Shown piece after piece: positions 32,826 through 44,005 of a stretch of 64,000 bases of DNA (positions are counted from its first letter, which is position 1; every line of letters starts with the position of its first letter). Position numbers and translations under genes: made by a program. This stretch comes from Paramoeba atlantica (taxonomy: Eukaryota > Protista > Discosea): positions 62,001 through 126,000 of the forward strand of contig CDRNVI010000009.1 in NCBI GenBank assembly GCA_977017575.1, in the 5' to 3' direction. Under the pieces are notes generated by a model that made no database searches, had not been told where the DNA came from, and saw nothing but the letters and a program-made list of their open reading frames with translations.

Positions 32826-33805
32826 TTTACAGATGTACTTGATCTATCCATTTTCTCTAACCCGCAAAAGCATAATTTTTAACAGACTAAGTCTTGTGCA
32901 CGTAAACTCATTTTTTTTGTGCGAAAAAAACCTATTAGTAAATGATAATGATCCTACACGTGGAGGTGCAAATATGTGTATTTGCAGCGCGAAAGCCTTT
33001 ACAAAAAAAACATAAAATAGCTACAAAGACAGGTAATCTAGTATTTGTTATATAATATTTCTATTTTATCAACTACATTTAAGAACATTTTACCTTTGAA
33101 TGAATCGACACGTTTACTTTTTCTTCTCTACCAGCGTTTCAATGAATGCTTTGCCCTTCTTGCGGAGTCGTGCTGCTTCATCTGAAAGTGCTTTGCGTTG
33201 AGCGGCTGACAGCTTCTTATACTTGGCAGACACCTTCTTTACCGCCGCGAGAAAACATGCCTTATGATTCTTGTGGGTTCCCTTCTCTGCCTGGTATATT
33301 GCTGGCATGGTACGCTTTAAGAACAAACCATAAGGAAGGTAGCGTGCGCTTTTCACTTGTGCTCTGAGCGCTGTTTTCTGTTTCATATTCTGGGCAGCAA
33401 TCTTATTCAAGGACTGGACTTGAGCAGGACGTAACTTTTTAAAAGCGGCGTGTGCTCCAGCGAGATCTGGGGCTCCCTTTTTACCTTTGAGAAACTTTGA
33501 CAAGAACATACCTTTTGCACTTGTCGGTGCTGAGTTTCCAGCCCACGGCTTCTTGATAACTTTGCGACGAAGCTTTGCGATGTTCTTGGTGAGGTTTGGA
33601 AGTGCACGTGAAAACATTACAAGTAGAAAGACAGGGTAAAAGAGAGAGAGAGAGCTGCGTTCAACAAAGTAGACTTTGTGTGACACAAATGTATAAGAAA
33701 GCCCAGCAAATCGTAAAGAAATTATAGCTGAAAAACGGGGAACTTTACCCCTAAATGACATTTTTACCCCTTAATGACGTTGGGTACGTCTCTACTTCTT
33801 GAATT
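32826..33805. repeat. ~980-bp dispersed duplication, copy 2, carrying the KAP-like gene
   Basis: Direct repeat of 7997-8956. Confidence 0.92.
33114..33617 (-). CDS. KAP/HMG-box-like basic protein, paralogue
   Basis: 167 aa from MFSRA (ATG at 33617), with 14 aa differences from the 8269-8772 copy. Confidence 0.7.
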   Translation of the reverse strand: MFSRALPNLTKNIAKLRRKVIKKPWAGNSAPTSAKGMFLSKFLKGKKGAPDLAGAHAAFKKLRPAQVQSLNKIAAQNMKQKTALRAQVKSARYLPYGLFLKRTMPAIYQAEKGTHKNHKACFLAAVKKVSAKYKKLSAAQRKALSDEAARLRKKGKAFIETLVEKKK

Positions 33806-34652
33806 TTAAAAGTGGAATTCGGTGACTACTGTGGTCAAAAAACGTCTCCGCGACGTATGCGTTCACTTCGTAACTTCCCTATGCCCTGAAAGGAATAATA
33901 TTCTCCACCATTACATTAGGGATGAATTTAACGAATGGGTTAGCGGAAACTGGTTATAGGAAGAGCGCGATGCGATTCGCACTGTAGTGAAAAAGCGTTT
34001 TCGCTACGTTTTGGGAAGACTTTGTCGTAAGCGACCGGTTCGCGCTTCTTTCCTTTTCCGCCTGAATACTTGCTGTTTCGTGCGCCTCCGGGGCACCATG
34101 CGAATGTTTTTTCAGCGCGTTGTCTTTCACACACAGTAATTGACGCGCAAGACGTCGCCAAGATTTGGTAGAGACGGAGTCGGCTGTGCGCTGTCGGCCA
34201 AAATCTAGCGTGATAGTAGGCCCTTCTGATGCTCTACAACTTAGTGAATATGACCCTGCTCTCCTTTAGGACACATTGAGTCGTTGCACAACGCGTCGGA
34301 CATGTGTGCCCGTGTATTGCTCGACAATTCTTCGTTCTGCCTGCACTCTCAAGGGCCGAAAACTATATTTTGTGCGCCAGTCTTACATGTAAACATTACA
34401 TTTATACACTCTACATTTATACACGTTTGACTAAAAACTGCCAAAAAGTATTTTTCGGACCCCAAGGTCCTGTTTGTGACGAAAAACTGGTGTGGTTGGA
34501 GTCGCATTCTCTACCCAATACGTTCGGTAGGCTTTGATTCATGCCAACGAGTGATTTCCCACACGCAAATGTCGGTTTTAGTGTTCTGCAAAAATACCCA
34601 AAAAACACCACATTTGCTCAAATCCTTCCATTTTCTTCCGGTTTCCAGGCCA

Positions 34653-34774
34653 AATTTTCTTTTTTAAGCTCTTCGTTAAACGCGGTGGTAGTTTCCAACG
34701 CGAAGCGCGCAGCATGAGTGACTTCTAAGTTGAAAACAACCACCGCGTTTAACAAAGAGCCTAAAAAAGAAATT
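34653..34774. repeat. ~125-bp hairpin repeat
   Basis: Arms TTTCTTTTTTAAGCTCTTCGTTAAACGCGGTGGTAGTTTCCAAC / GTTGAAAACAACCACCGCGTTTAACAAAGAGCCTAAAAAAGAAA around a ~29-nt loop. Confidence 0.85.
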
Positions 34775-34787
34775 ATGAACTCAATTA

Positions 34788-35113
34788 CTGTACCCCTCCT
34801 GTTTATAATAGCCTCGACCCCTCCCCCCCTTTTGAGGTTCTTTTTTTGGCAAACTGGGGAAGATTTTTTTTAATTTTCTTGCACCGTCTTAAATATTTTG
34901 ATATTTTCATGTGTTTCGAGGTATGGCGCGTGTTCGTGCTGGACATTTTACTTTGGAAGAGCGCCGAGGCCCACTTAGCGATTGAATAATTCCTGGTTCC
35001 TCGCTCCCGAATGTATAGCAATTTCTGTGCTAACTCTGAATCTTCAATCGCCCTCCCCCCTTTATAGGTTCATTTGGGCGAAAGCGAGGCTATTATAAAC
35101 GAGGGGGGTGCAG
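34788..35113. mobile_element. TA-flanked MITE
   Basis: TA|CTGTACCCCTCCTGTTTATAATAGCCTCG...CGAGGCTATTATAAACGAGGGGGGTGCAG|TA. Confidence 0.8.
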
Positions 35114-35380
35114 TAAATTACTGTCCCCCCCGTTTAAGCGCACCTCGTTTTCCGTGAAAAGTGCACTTAAACGGGGGTGTCTGAATCAGTACATAAAAAA
35201 TATTTGGCGCCGCTTCGCGGCGACGAAGTCTGCACCTCAACTCTATGTGCGCTTAAACGGGGGGGGTCTGACCGGGTGACTGACAAAACAAAAAACTCCG
35301 TACATATCTCAAAATTTTTATACGAAATCATGTAGAAAAGTACTGTCACCTCCCCTTTCTACTTCCTGTGACTCAGCAGC

Positions 35381-36192
35381 TCAGAAAAAGAATTGGGGCA
35401 TTGCAGGTTCATGCTGGATAATATTTGGTGGAATTTCGAGAAGCGAGTGCGGCATCAAGTATTCTTCAAACGAATTTCCCGATAGCAGTACTCGAGGCGG
35501 CGAGGCTCCATTCCAATTCTCGCCTATAACAGGGGTTAAGTCGATAATCCCACTCAAGAGATTGTTACGGAGTCCCAATTGATTCAAATTAACCGGCAAT
35601 CCCATCAAGCTCGGAGTCCCCGAAAACTGATTATTGCTTAGGTCAAGATTCGTAATCGAGGGAGGGAGATCTGAAAAATGTAATGCACCACTAAATCCAT
35701 TACGGGATAGGTCCAATGTGAAAAGGGACTCGGGGAGATGACTCAAGTCCACCTCTCCGTTAAGATGATTTTCTTTTACATTAAAAACCAGCAAATTGGG
35801 AGGCAGATCACCGAGAGGGAGCAATCCAGTCAGGAGACCGTGGTATCCTGTGACATAGCATTGCACCAATGTCCGGGGTAAGTGTCCCAACAAAGAGTAC
35901 CGCGGAATTTACTCGCGGTGTGATCTTTAAACCACTTGATGCTACTGATATTTTGCCGCGGATTACAAGCGACTCCTTTCCATGCACAGAGGGAAACTTC
36001 CCGGAGTTGTCCAAAGAAATCGCGTTTGGTAAGAACCCAGGAAAGGTGGCGTTCCGTGAGATTGCTGATAAGGGCTGACATGAGCTGATCTTGAGGTGTC
36101 AATAGTGCGGACACTTTACCTCGGCGCCCCGACGCGGGAGGTTGGGTATCGGAAGCGAGTACCACGTTGCAAAGCAGCATGACGTTCATCAT
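35381..36192 (-). pseudogene. LRR-family gene with a single frameshift (pseudogene or sequencing error)
   Basis: The N-terminal half (MMNVMLLC...SDTQPP...GKV, CAWKGVAC) and the C-terminal LRRs lie in different frames. One extra G at TGTTGGGACAC (~35888) would restore LCWGHLP. Confidence 0.8.
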
Positions 36193-36554
36193 GATTTTGC
36201 AAGTATAAATAAACGGTTTGTATGAATAAAAAGGATTGACAACGAAAAGTGTAGTAATCAAGATTTCCTATTCTTTGTTGACAAGTCGTTGACACACAGA
36301 GGCAAGTAACTTTGAAGCACGGAAGAAGAAGTGAATGTAAAAGTACATTCAATAGACAATACGCACAGCGTTTGTACCATCAGTACACTAATAGATTAGT
36401 CGCGCGAATTTCTTACGTGGTACGGTTTTCATTGTAAATATAAATTTATGTTCTGTAAATCTTTTTATAGCGAAAACTCAAGATAAAATGAAATTCTATT
36501 TTCAAGGGAGCTAACTTTTTGACGAGGGAACTGCACTCACACAACCAATGTATA

Positions 36555-37436
36555 CTACTTAATGTGGACAAATTTGGGAATTTCCAAAGACTGCACTTCC
36601 AATTGGCACTTATTTCCCCTCAAATCTAAATGTGCCATTGTTGCAGGCAATGAATCAAACGATAGTTTTCCCGTAAATGCGTTGTTGCCCAGGGAAAGTG
36701 TACACATGAAAGGTGGAAGAGAATGCAATTCCAACCCACCATCCAGATTATTTTGAGACAAATACAAAACTTGCAGTTTATTTGGAAGACACTTCAGGTT
36801 CACACTTCCCACAAATTGATTTCCGTGAAGAAAAATTCTACTGAGCGTGCCTGGCAACAAAGTCAAATCCAGATTTCCGAAAAACCCATTATGCGGCAAA
36901 GAAATCACTTTCAACGGAGCGTGTAGTGAGGTAAGATCAAGCAAGCCGGAAAACTTCGTCGCAGATGACCAAAGTTCTTCAAACGCATCAGGTAGTGAGC
37001 CGGCATCAAAGGATCCACACAGGGGGTTGTATTGGATGTTTAAATATGTTAGCTTGGGAGGAAGGAAACGAACTGGGAAATATCCACAAAGCTCATTATC
37101 TCCCACACGAAGAGTGCACGTAGTGTGGGGTAAATACTCCCAAGAGAGATTTCCTTTCAATGCCCGGGCTGACCAATCGATATCAAGCACTTGATGGTCG
37201 GAATTACAAGTGACACCAACCCATAAGCATGCCTCTGTTTCATTATTAGTATTAATTACGGAACTTGGCGCTAGGTTTTCAATAACGTGTAACATTTGCA
37301 TATTTTGTGACAGGATGGCTCCTCTCACTTTACCCAGACGTGTTCGAGTGTGGGTTACATCCGCAACTCCTACCCTTTTGCTTGTCAGGCCTGAAACAGT
37401 CACGCAAATAGATATAGTGGTGAATATTTGACTCAT
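36555..37436 (-). CDS. Leucine-rich repeat protein
   Basis: 293 aa with a hydrophobic N-terminus, RLGKVRG, a CLWVGVTC cap and LRR repeats. Confidence 0.92.
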   Translation of the reverse strand: MSQIFTTISICVTVSGLTSKRVGVADVTHTRTRLGKVRGAILSQNMQMLHVIENLAPSSVINTNNETEACLWVGVTCNSDHQVLDIDWSARALKGNLSWEYLPHTTCTLRVGDNELCGYFPVRFLPPKLTYLNIQYNPLCGSFDAGSLPDAFEELWSSATKFSGLLDLTSLHAPLKVISLPHNGFFGNLDLTLLPGTLSRIFLHGNQFVGSVNLKCLPNKLQVLYLSQNNLDGGLELHSLPPFMCTLSLGNNAFTGKLSFDSLPATMAHLDLRGNKCQLEVQSLEIPKFVHIK

Positions 37437-37485
37437 GGAAAATGTGGTAAAGATTTGAAATCAGTATTGTGAAGATACAATATGT

Positions 37486-37562
37486 GTGCCGGGTAAATGG
37501 GTAATTACCCACATGGTGGTAAACGCGGGTACTTTACCCAGGTCATTGATCCATTTACCCGC
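37486..37562. repeat. Solo end of the 56350-58476 hAT family
   Basis: CCGGGTAAATGGGTAATTACCC and further TTACCC motifs match the ends of that element. Confidence 0.55.
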
Positions 37563-38918
37563 TTTCACCCTGATTTACCAACCAACCATACGATCCCGTA
37601 CTACAATAAAGCTCGATGAGTGTGCCAACTTTGCTCAGCAAGTTGTCGCTACAGAAACAGTATCTCAATCCATAGAGGGAAAAATCCATCCATCATCCGG
37701 TTTTGTAGACGAGTCTTGTGATAAAGAAGTGCTTCTCGCATTCGTGAGGACGCTTCGTCACTTTCGCTATGTTCGAACAAGAGCTGCAGCGTAGTTTCGA
37801 CATGAGTTGTCATCGGTTTCCCCGACATGTCTGAAATTTTTTTCAATGCTGAATGCAAAACGCTGCATTGTTCAAGAAATGTAAGCAGCTTGCTTTAATT
37901 TCGGAAGCTCCGTACCGGTCCAGCAAACGCTTACATAATGGACTTTGACTTAATAATGGACTTTGACGCCCGTGTCTTTTCACTTTCGCTGTACACAAAA
38001 TAGACGGTCTAGTGGTCCTCAAGGGAGGCCACCGTGACACATGCCCCTCTCGGAGAGAAAAAAAGTCGAAGAAAGCCGAGAGAGGTAAGCACACTCACTC
38101 CAGGGGAGTGAGTCGGGAAGGGGTAAAGGGGTAGAAGCGCGTCCCCTGCTTCAACAATAGAGAGAGACAGTTTCGGCCTTAGTACTGGCCGGTAACGGGC
38201 ATAAAAATACAGTAAGACTATGCCCGTTGCTGGGGAAAGAAAGTCAACAAGGTGCAGAAACCGTATCTAAGAAGGGGGCGGCCGGCCGGTGGGGTGATAG
38301 GCAGAATATGGCAGAATACGGCAAAACTCAGCTAAACCGGAAAAATAGTCCGCGCCGCTTCTCGGCGAGTTTGTCTACTGCTTTTGCTAGTATTCGTAAC
38401 ACCAAAATCAGGGGCTCATAACCAGAAGCGAAAGCCAATAATACTTCCAGCACTTTTTAAATGCAATAAATATTTCCACACAGACTTACTGTCTTTACAC
38501 GGACTCTAGTTTTATGTTTGCCGCTGTACGTATTTTTGTCCCCGCGCACATACAGGGGGTGGCACTTGACCCTGGGGGGTCTAAAATTTGTACAATTTGC
38601 TCAATTTTGTAAAATAATAGCGCATTCGAGAGCTCTCTCAGAGTTGTATGTCTTTGGCTTATTCGGACCGCTCAAATTAAACGATTTAATCCGGTGAAAA
38701 AAACATTATTTTTTTCATGTGAAAATTTGACAATTTTTCTTTTTCCCCCCTTTTTATGCCACGAAAGCGAGTTCGCTCGAGGACATGGCGCGATACACTG
38801 TCTGCTCGATCCTATTCTTGCCCCGCAAAGCTCAAGGAGAGTCAACTCAAGGAGAATGCTTTTAGTAGCAGACTATGAGCAAACACAGACGATTTGGATT
38901 TCTACCCCGTGTTCCAAT

Positions 38919-39030
38919 AATTTCTTTTTTAGGCTCTTCGTTAAACGCGGTGGTTGTTTTCAAGTTACTCATGCTGCGAGATTCGCGTTGAAAACTACCA
39001 CCGCGTTCAACGAACCCACTAAAAAAGAAT
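38919..39030. repeat. ~125-bp hairpin repeat, opposite orientation
   Basis: Same arms as the 34.7-kb copy; the loop is reverse-complemented. Confidence 0.8.
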
Positions 39031-40475
39031 CGAAGTTTTATTGAAGGAAGCAATGTCAAAAAATGCGAAGATAAGCTCACGTAGATTTACGAAATTTGCT
39101 GTTTTTTTCGCAATTTTTTTTCAGCAAACCGGAGACTTTGCTTTCTACGATGCAGAATCGAGTAACTATCTTTCTGATGGCGCTTCTTCTTCTTCTTCTT
39201 CTTTGTCTTCTTCTTCGAGTACGTCTTCCTCCTACACCTACACGACTCGGACACGAGTTCACCTACACGACTCGGACAGATACGGACTCCGACTGGGTAC
39301 CGGGTGCAACCACTACGGAATCTGACGCTTTTTTGATGATGGGTGGAGTGATGATGAAGGGGTTAAGGTATACGGTACTATGCGGGGGCTTCCTATGGAG
39401 CACGGAGAAGAAATTGAAGGCTATGTGTCGCGTTTGAAAGACGCAGCCCCACTTTAGAAAAGATTATGCCGACGCCCAGTGAGGTCGAGGTAAACTTCGA
39501 AAAGACAAGACCACGGCAATATGACATCACTGTGTCGGAGCTTGTCACAGAAATCAACAATTATACTATTTCTTCACCCTTCGATTTTTCTAGTCCTTTT
39601 TTCTTCATTAATTCAGTATATTTAAAAGCAAAAATAATTTTCCCGGCAAGTCCTGGACGAGAGCGGCACGAATATGCATTTGTTTTCCCCCAACTCACTC
39701 AGATCGTTTCTGCAGAACCGTCCAGAAACCCTACGATCGACCCTGTAAAGAACCCCCCTGATAGGCAGAATATGGTAGAATACTGCAGATCGAGCGGCCA
39801 TCTCCCCTCTAATATTAGGATTCCCAAGGACGTAGGCGTCTTGTCAAGATGCACCTTCTCGAAGCACTGAACCATAAAAGTCTAAAGAAAACGACCTTAG
39901 AAAAAAAGGTATGCTGCCGAAATCCAAACTTTAGTACGGGGCTTCCATCAAATTCATGTGACCAATGCTTCCCCAAAGTTTAATGCAGGTAGGGGAAAAA
40001 AATGTTTTTATGCTATCCTTCTTAAAAAAGGAAAGTGTCAGCCTTTTCAATTTTGTGACTACTCTCAATACGCAGTAGGAAAAATTCGGAAGGCAATAGA
40101 ACATCGCCGGTTGCGTCTACAGCAGTGTGGGCCACTGCTCAGGCCTACTACTCAACGGATCCCTGAAAAAGCCTATCCTTGCAACTTTCTATTCTTGAGT
40201 TCGCACGATCTTTGATAACTTCAAAGGTCGAGTCACGCAACCCATTGCGAAGCCTACGTATACAGGTATTCGCAAGCTTATGCCTGATGATTACTTGCTT
40301 CTATGCAGACCTTTCCAAACCCTTTACCTCAAACTCGAAGTATGGACAAATTTCGAGAGACGCAGTGCATCTCAGGATGGAAAACTTTATGACATGAACC
40401 TTTTCACGAGATTCTCCTTTAAATCAACAAAGAAGCTCTGTTACCCCATTGTTGTAGTTGCCCCCCTTCCCCCCC

Positions 40476-41318
40476 TCATCCTCCCCCCGTGAAGTCCCCC
40501 TCCACCAACCTCCCCGTGTGCTTCTCCACGGGACCGACAATTCTCGGTGCGACATACGACACCTCCGTGATGCGCAGAATCACCACATCCCTGCGGTTGT
40601 TCTGCCACGTGACATCTCTCCGTTTGTTCACGTCCTGGAAGTAAATCACGTTGTGTGACTTCTTGTGTTCCTCCACGACCCCGACCACCCGGACCCCGTC
40701 GAGTAACGGACGCCCGAGCGCGGTGAAGGTCCTCCCCCCGACCATCAAACACTTTCGGAAACAGACCGACTCCCCGATCTCAGCTTTAAAGCTGGGGAGC
40801 ATAATGATATCCCCCTCGGAGACTTTGTACTGAAACGCTTTGAAGTCGATGAGGGCAAACAGAGGCCCGGAGAGGGGAGAGGGGGGTTCGCTCCCTCGCT
40901 CGGTTTCTGTTTTTGTATTTCTATGGGCTTGGGTTTCTAACGTTTGTGAGATTTCAGGATTGTGTTGTTGAAACCCTGAGGTTTGTGGAATTTTAGGATT
41001 GTGTTGTTGAAATTCTGAGGTTTGTGAAACTTCAGGATTGTGTTGTTGAAATCCTGAGGTTTGTGAGATTTCAGCATTGTAGTTCTGAAATCCTGAGGTT
41101 TCAGGAAAAAGATTCTGAGTTTGACCCCTCTGTGGTCCATCCGAGCTTTCAGGTAGGGGAGGAGAGGTTCCGATAAAAGGAGCCGTTGTCTTTGTTATCT
41201 TAGAGGTAACAAAAGATCGAGAAGGAAGAAATGAGAGGGGAGAGGGAGAGGGGAGTGCTCGAAGGTTCCGATGCAGGGGGAATGGATAAAGGGGTTTGGC
41301 AAAGGAAGTTCTGTGCAT
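40476..41318 (-). CDS. MRPL21: Mitochondrial ribosomal protein bL21m
   Basis: FALIDFKAFQYKVSEGDII...CLMVGGRTFTALGRPLL..V.GVVEE...ILRITEV is the L21 core. The N-terminus resembles a presequence. Confidence 0.88.
   Translation of the reverse strand: MHRTSFAKPLYPFPLHRNLRALPSPSPLSFLPSRSFVTSKITKTTAPFIGTSPPLPESSDGPQRGQTQNLFPETSGFQNYNAEISQTSGFQQHNPEVSQTSEFQQHNPKIPQTSGFQQHNPEISQTLETQAHRNTKTETERGSEPPSPLSGPLFALIDFKAFQYKVSEGDIIMLPSFKAEIGESVCFRKCLMVGGRTFTALGRPLLDGVRVVGVVEEHKKSHNVIYFQDVNKRRDVTWQNNRRDVVILRITEVSYVAPRIVGPVEKHTGRLVEGDFTGGG
40936..41105 (-). repeat. 39-bp coding minisatellite (13-aa unit, ~4.5 copies) in the bL21 N-terminus
   Basis: Repeated ISQTSGFQQHNPE-like units. Confidence 0.9.
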
Positions 41319-41524
41319 GGTTTGGAAAGAAAAGAGTAAAGGAAGAGGTAAAAGGACAGATTGTGATTTGCTAATTTGTGTGGAGGTGCTTCTCCCTATA
41401 AAACAGGTCCATAATGCTAGGTACTAAAGCTCTGTCTTGAATCTAGATCTACAAAAAAGAGAACTCTGACTTGTCAATAAAAATTGATGTTCGAACACTA
41501 TTTTTTATTGCTATTTTTTTTTAA

Positions 41525-44005
41525 TTAAAACTCCCGTCGATCCCTCTCTTTTGTGTCAAGATATTCTAAACGAGATGGCGCAGCTCCGCTTTTCGGAGGT
41601 TCCAAATGTTTTTGGATGCTTTCTCCAAAGGCATATCGAGACCGTATCTCTTCACTCGGAGGGGCTGGGCTTGCATTCCATCCCTTTGCCTCACAAGGGC
41701 GTACCCCTGAGGAGACGGTAGTGGTCGGAGACAATGGACAATAAGAAGTCTTTTTCTCCACTTCAGTGTGAGAAGACGAAGTCTTTTCTGCTGACCCACG
41801 AGATGACTTCGTGACCCATTCCTCCACAGGCCGAGGGGGACTTTCCGAGGAGTCCTCTCCCTCCTCGCTCTCCTTCTTCTCTCCCCTCCCATTCCTTTGC
41901 TTTATGTTTTCTACCCCTTCCTTGTTGGGGTTTCCTTTTTTTCGTTTCTTTCCGGGACCAAAAAAGGGAGCTAAGGGGGTAGGCGATTGGTTTCCGCTCT
42001 CCCTGTCCCCTGTTGTGAAAAACGAAAACAGTTCACACAACTCTGAACGGGAAACGATTTTCGCCGTCGGGGTGGCCACAGGCTCCGAGCAGGGGAGAAC
42101 CTGCAGGAGATCCGCCAGGGGCCGGGCCAGGGGGTATTTCTCCCGTAATAGCAAAGTCGATTCCTCGACTTCTCCTACAGGAATTCGAGTAGAACTTGAT
42201 TTGTTTTTATTTGACGACAAAACAGAGGAAGACGAGGAACTTTTTCCGTCTTTTCGACCCCCTCCTTGGAGCGCGATTAAATAACGCGCAGAGCGGTACT
42301 CCGGGGCTTTGGAGTTTCTCCCCTGTTGTTGTTTTCGTTTCTCCACCGCCTCTTTCGGCTGGCTTTCTATTTTTTGTGGGAGTTTGAAAACCTCCTCGAG
42401 GGCACGAGGCAGGAGCCGGGGCGAGAGCTCCGGGAAATTCGCCTCGAGGGAGTATAAAAAATATTTCAGTTTGCTCTCAAAGGTTTTCTTCCATGTAGTG
42501 AAGGAGAGCAGCGCACGCTCGGAACAGGTCCCGAGGAGCACAAAGTGCTCATATTCCGATAGGAAGTGAATCGGGGAGAGGAGAGATCCCCAAGGGTGTT
42601 GTTGTTGTTGTTTGGGGTTTCCCGAGGACATAGAGGGTGGGGGTTCGTTCAGCAGACGATGCGCTCGGTGAATTTCTTCATAGATCACATGTAACGTACA
42701 AAGGGTGACATTGTAGGCACTGTTGGTGTAGCCTGGAGCGGGGTTGTTAATTCGTAAAATGTCAGAGCACTCAGGAGCAGGGGAGCTCGTACTGGAAGGG
42801 GAACCTAATTCAGACAATAAGGACTCTGTAGGAGAGTTCTCGAACCCTTCGGGACCCTGCTCACAGGGTTCCTCGCTTGCAAGCACATCCAATTCTACTC
42901 TTTTCATCTCTTCTTTTTCCCTTTTGTCTTTTGGCAAAGCGTTGAGGAGTTGGATCGCAGGTTGCAGAGGAAATCCACGTTTTTCAATGTTGAAATAGGC
43001 CTCATAAAAGGTAAAAAATGCCATCACAGCCTCCGTGAGGGACGAAAATGGCTTACGCGAACATTGGAGAAGAAACAGATGTGCCACCAGAATCGTCCAC
43101 GCCACACCTCCGAGATAGCAAAACACATTCCCATACACCCCTCGGGCATGCGCCCAGCATTTAATCAACCGAACGGTATCCACGAAAAGCGAAAGCGGGC
43201 GTAAAACCATTGAACTCTTTTCTTCTTCTCTCATGACCCCCTTCGACCCATTTCCCCCCGCAGGAGATTCCCCATTTGGATTTAGAGAAAGCCCGAGCCA
43301 TTGTCGCAATGTTAACGCGACCCGTAGTCCCTGGGCACTGCGAAACCCACGGTCTCGCGGGACATATTTATACCGAGATAACGGACCTAACAACTCAGGG
43401 TAATCCGGAGGGTAGGAGGTTCGGTACGCCGCGAAACTAAGATCTACTTCGATGCCAAAGTAGGTCATACTCAGCAGCGGAACAGCCGCGTGGATGGGAA
43501 AAATATGATCAAAACGGTGCCGGGCAAGAAAACCCGGAAGACCGTGAAAAAAGTCACCCAGCGTCGTGTGGGCGGGAACCAGCAGAAGCGCATCAACATC
43601 ACTGCTCTCGGTGAGCGTTCCTAACGCCGCGGAGCCAAATAACTCAATTTTGTACCATAATGGAGGTGAGCAGGCGTTGTTGTTTTTTCGCTTTTTATTT
43701 CCTGTCTCTTGTTGTTGGATTTCCTCTGAAACACGTGATTCATTTTTAAGTGTTCTATACTCTAACTGTTGATCCATATTTTTATCGGTCTGACCAGGAG
43801 CATAGAAATTATTTTGCGAGGCCCAATCCGCGAACCACTCCTGGGTGGCTTGTGTGAGTCGGTGATGGATGTCACGTACTTTTTGGGAAATATCATGAAA
43901 CGCAATGCGTCGCGCGGAGAGGTAATGTTCCGGAGAGGAGATCGAAAGGGGAGTGGACAAGGAGGGGTCCAAGAAAGGGGGTAGGAGGGAGGGGGGAGGG
44001 GTCAT
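41525..44005 (-). CDS. PAP: Canonical poly(A) polymerase
   Basis: FGS...SDVD nucleotidyltransferase motif, IEVDL, LIKCWA..RGVYGN..CYLGGVAW, and an RNA-binding domain (FL..YEHF...SKLK). Confidence 0.92.
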   Translation of the reverse strand: MTPPPSLLPPFLDPSLSTPLSISSPEHYLSARRIAFHDISQKVRDIHHRLTQATQEWFADWASQNNFYAPGQTDKNMDQQLEYRTLKNESRVSEEIQQQETGNKKRKNNNACSPPLWYKIELFGSAALGTLTESSDVDALLLVPAHTTLGDFFHGLPGFLARHRFDHIFPIHAAVPLLSMTYFGIEVDLSFAAYRTSYPPDYPELLGPLSRYKYVPRDRGFRSAQGLRVALTLRQWLGLSLNPNGESPAGGNGSKGVMREEEKSSMVLRPLSLFVDTVRLIKCWAHARGVYGNVFCYLGGVAWTILVAHLFLLQCSRKPFSSLTEAVMAFFTFYEAYFNIEKRGFPLQPAIQLLNALPKDKREKEEMKRVELDVLASEEPCEQGPEGFENSPTESLLSELGSPSSTSSPAPECSDILRINNPAPGYTNSAYNVTLCTLHVIYEEIHRAHRLLNEPPPSMSSGNPKQQQQHPWGSLLSPIHFLSEYEHFVLLGTCSERALLSFTTWKKTFESKLKYFLYSLEANFPELSPRLLPRALEEVFKLPQKIESQPKEAVEKRKQQQGRNSKAPEYRSARYLIALQGGGRKDGKSSSSSSVLSSNKNKSSSTRIPVGEVEESTLLLREKYPLARPLADLLQVLPCSEPVATPTAKIVSRSELCELFSFFTTGDRESGNQSPTPLAPFFGPGKKRKKGNPNKEGVENIKQRNGRGEKKESEEGEDSSESPPRPVEEWVTKSSRGSAEKTSSSHTEVEKKTSYCPLSPTTTVSSGVRPCEAKGWNASPAPPSEEIRSRYAFGESIQKHLEPPKSGAAPSRLEYLDTKERDRREF

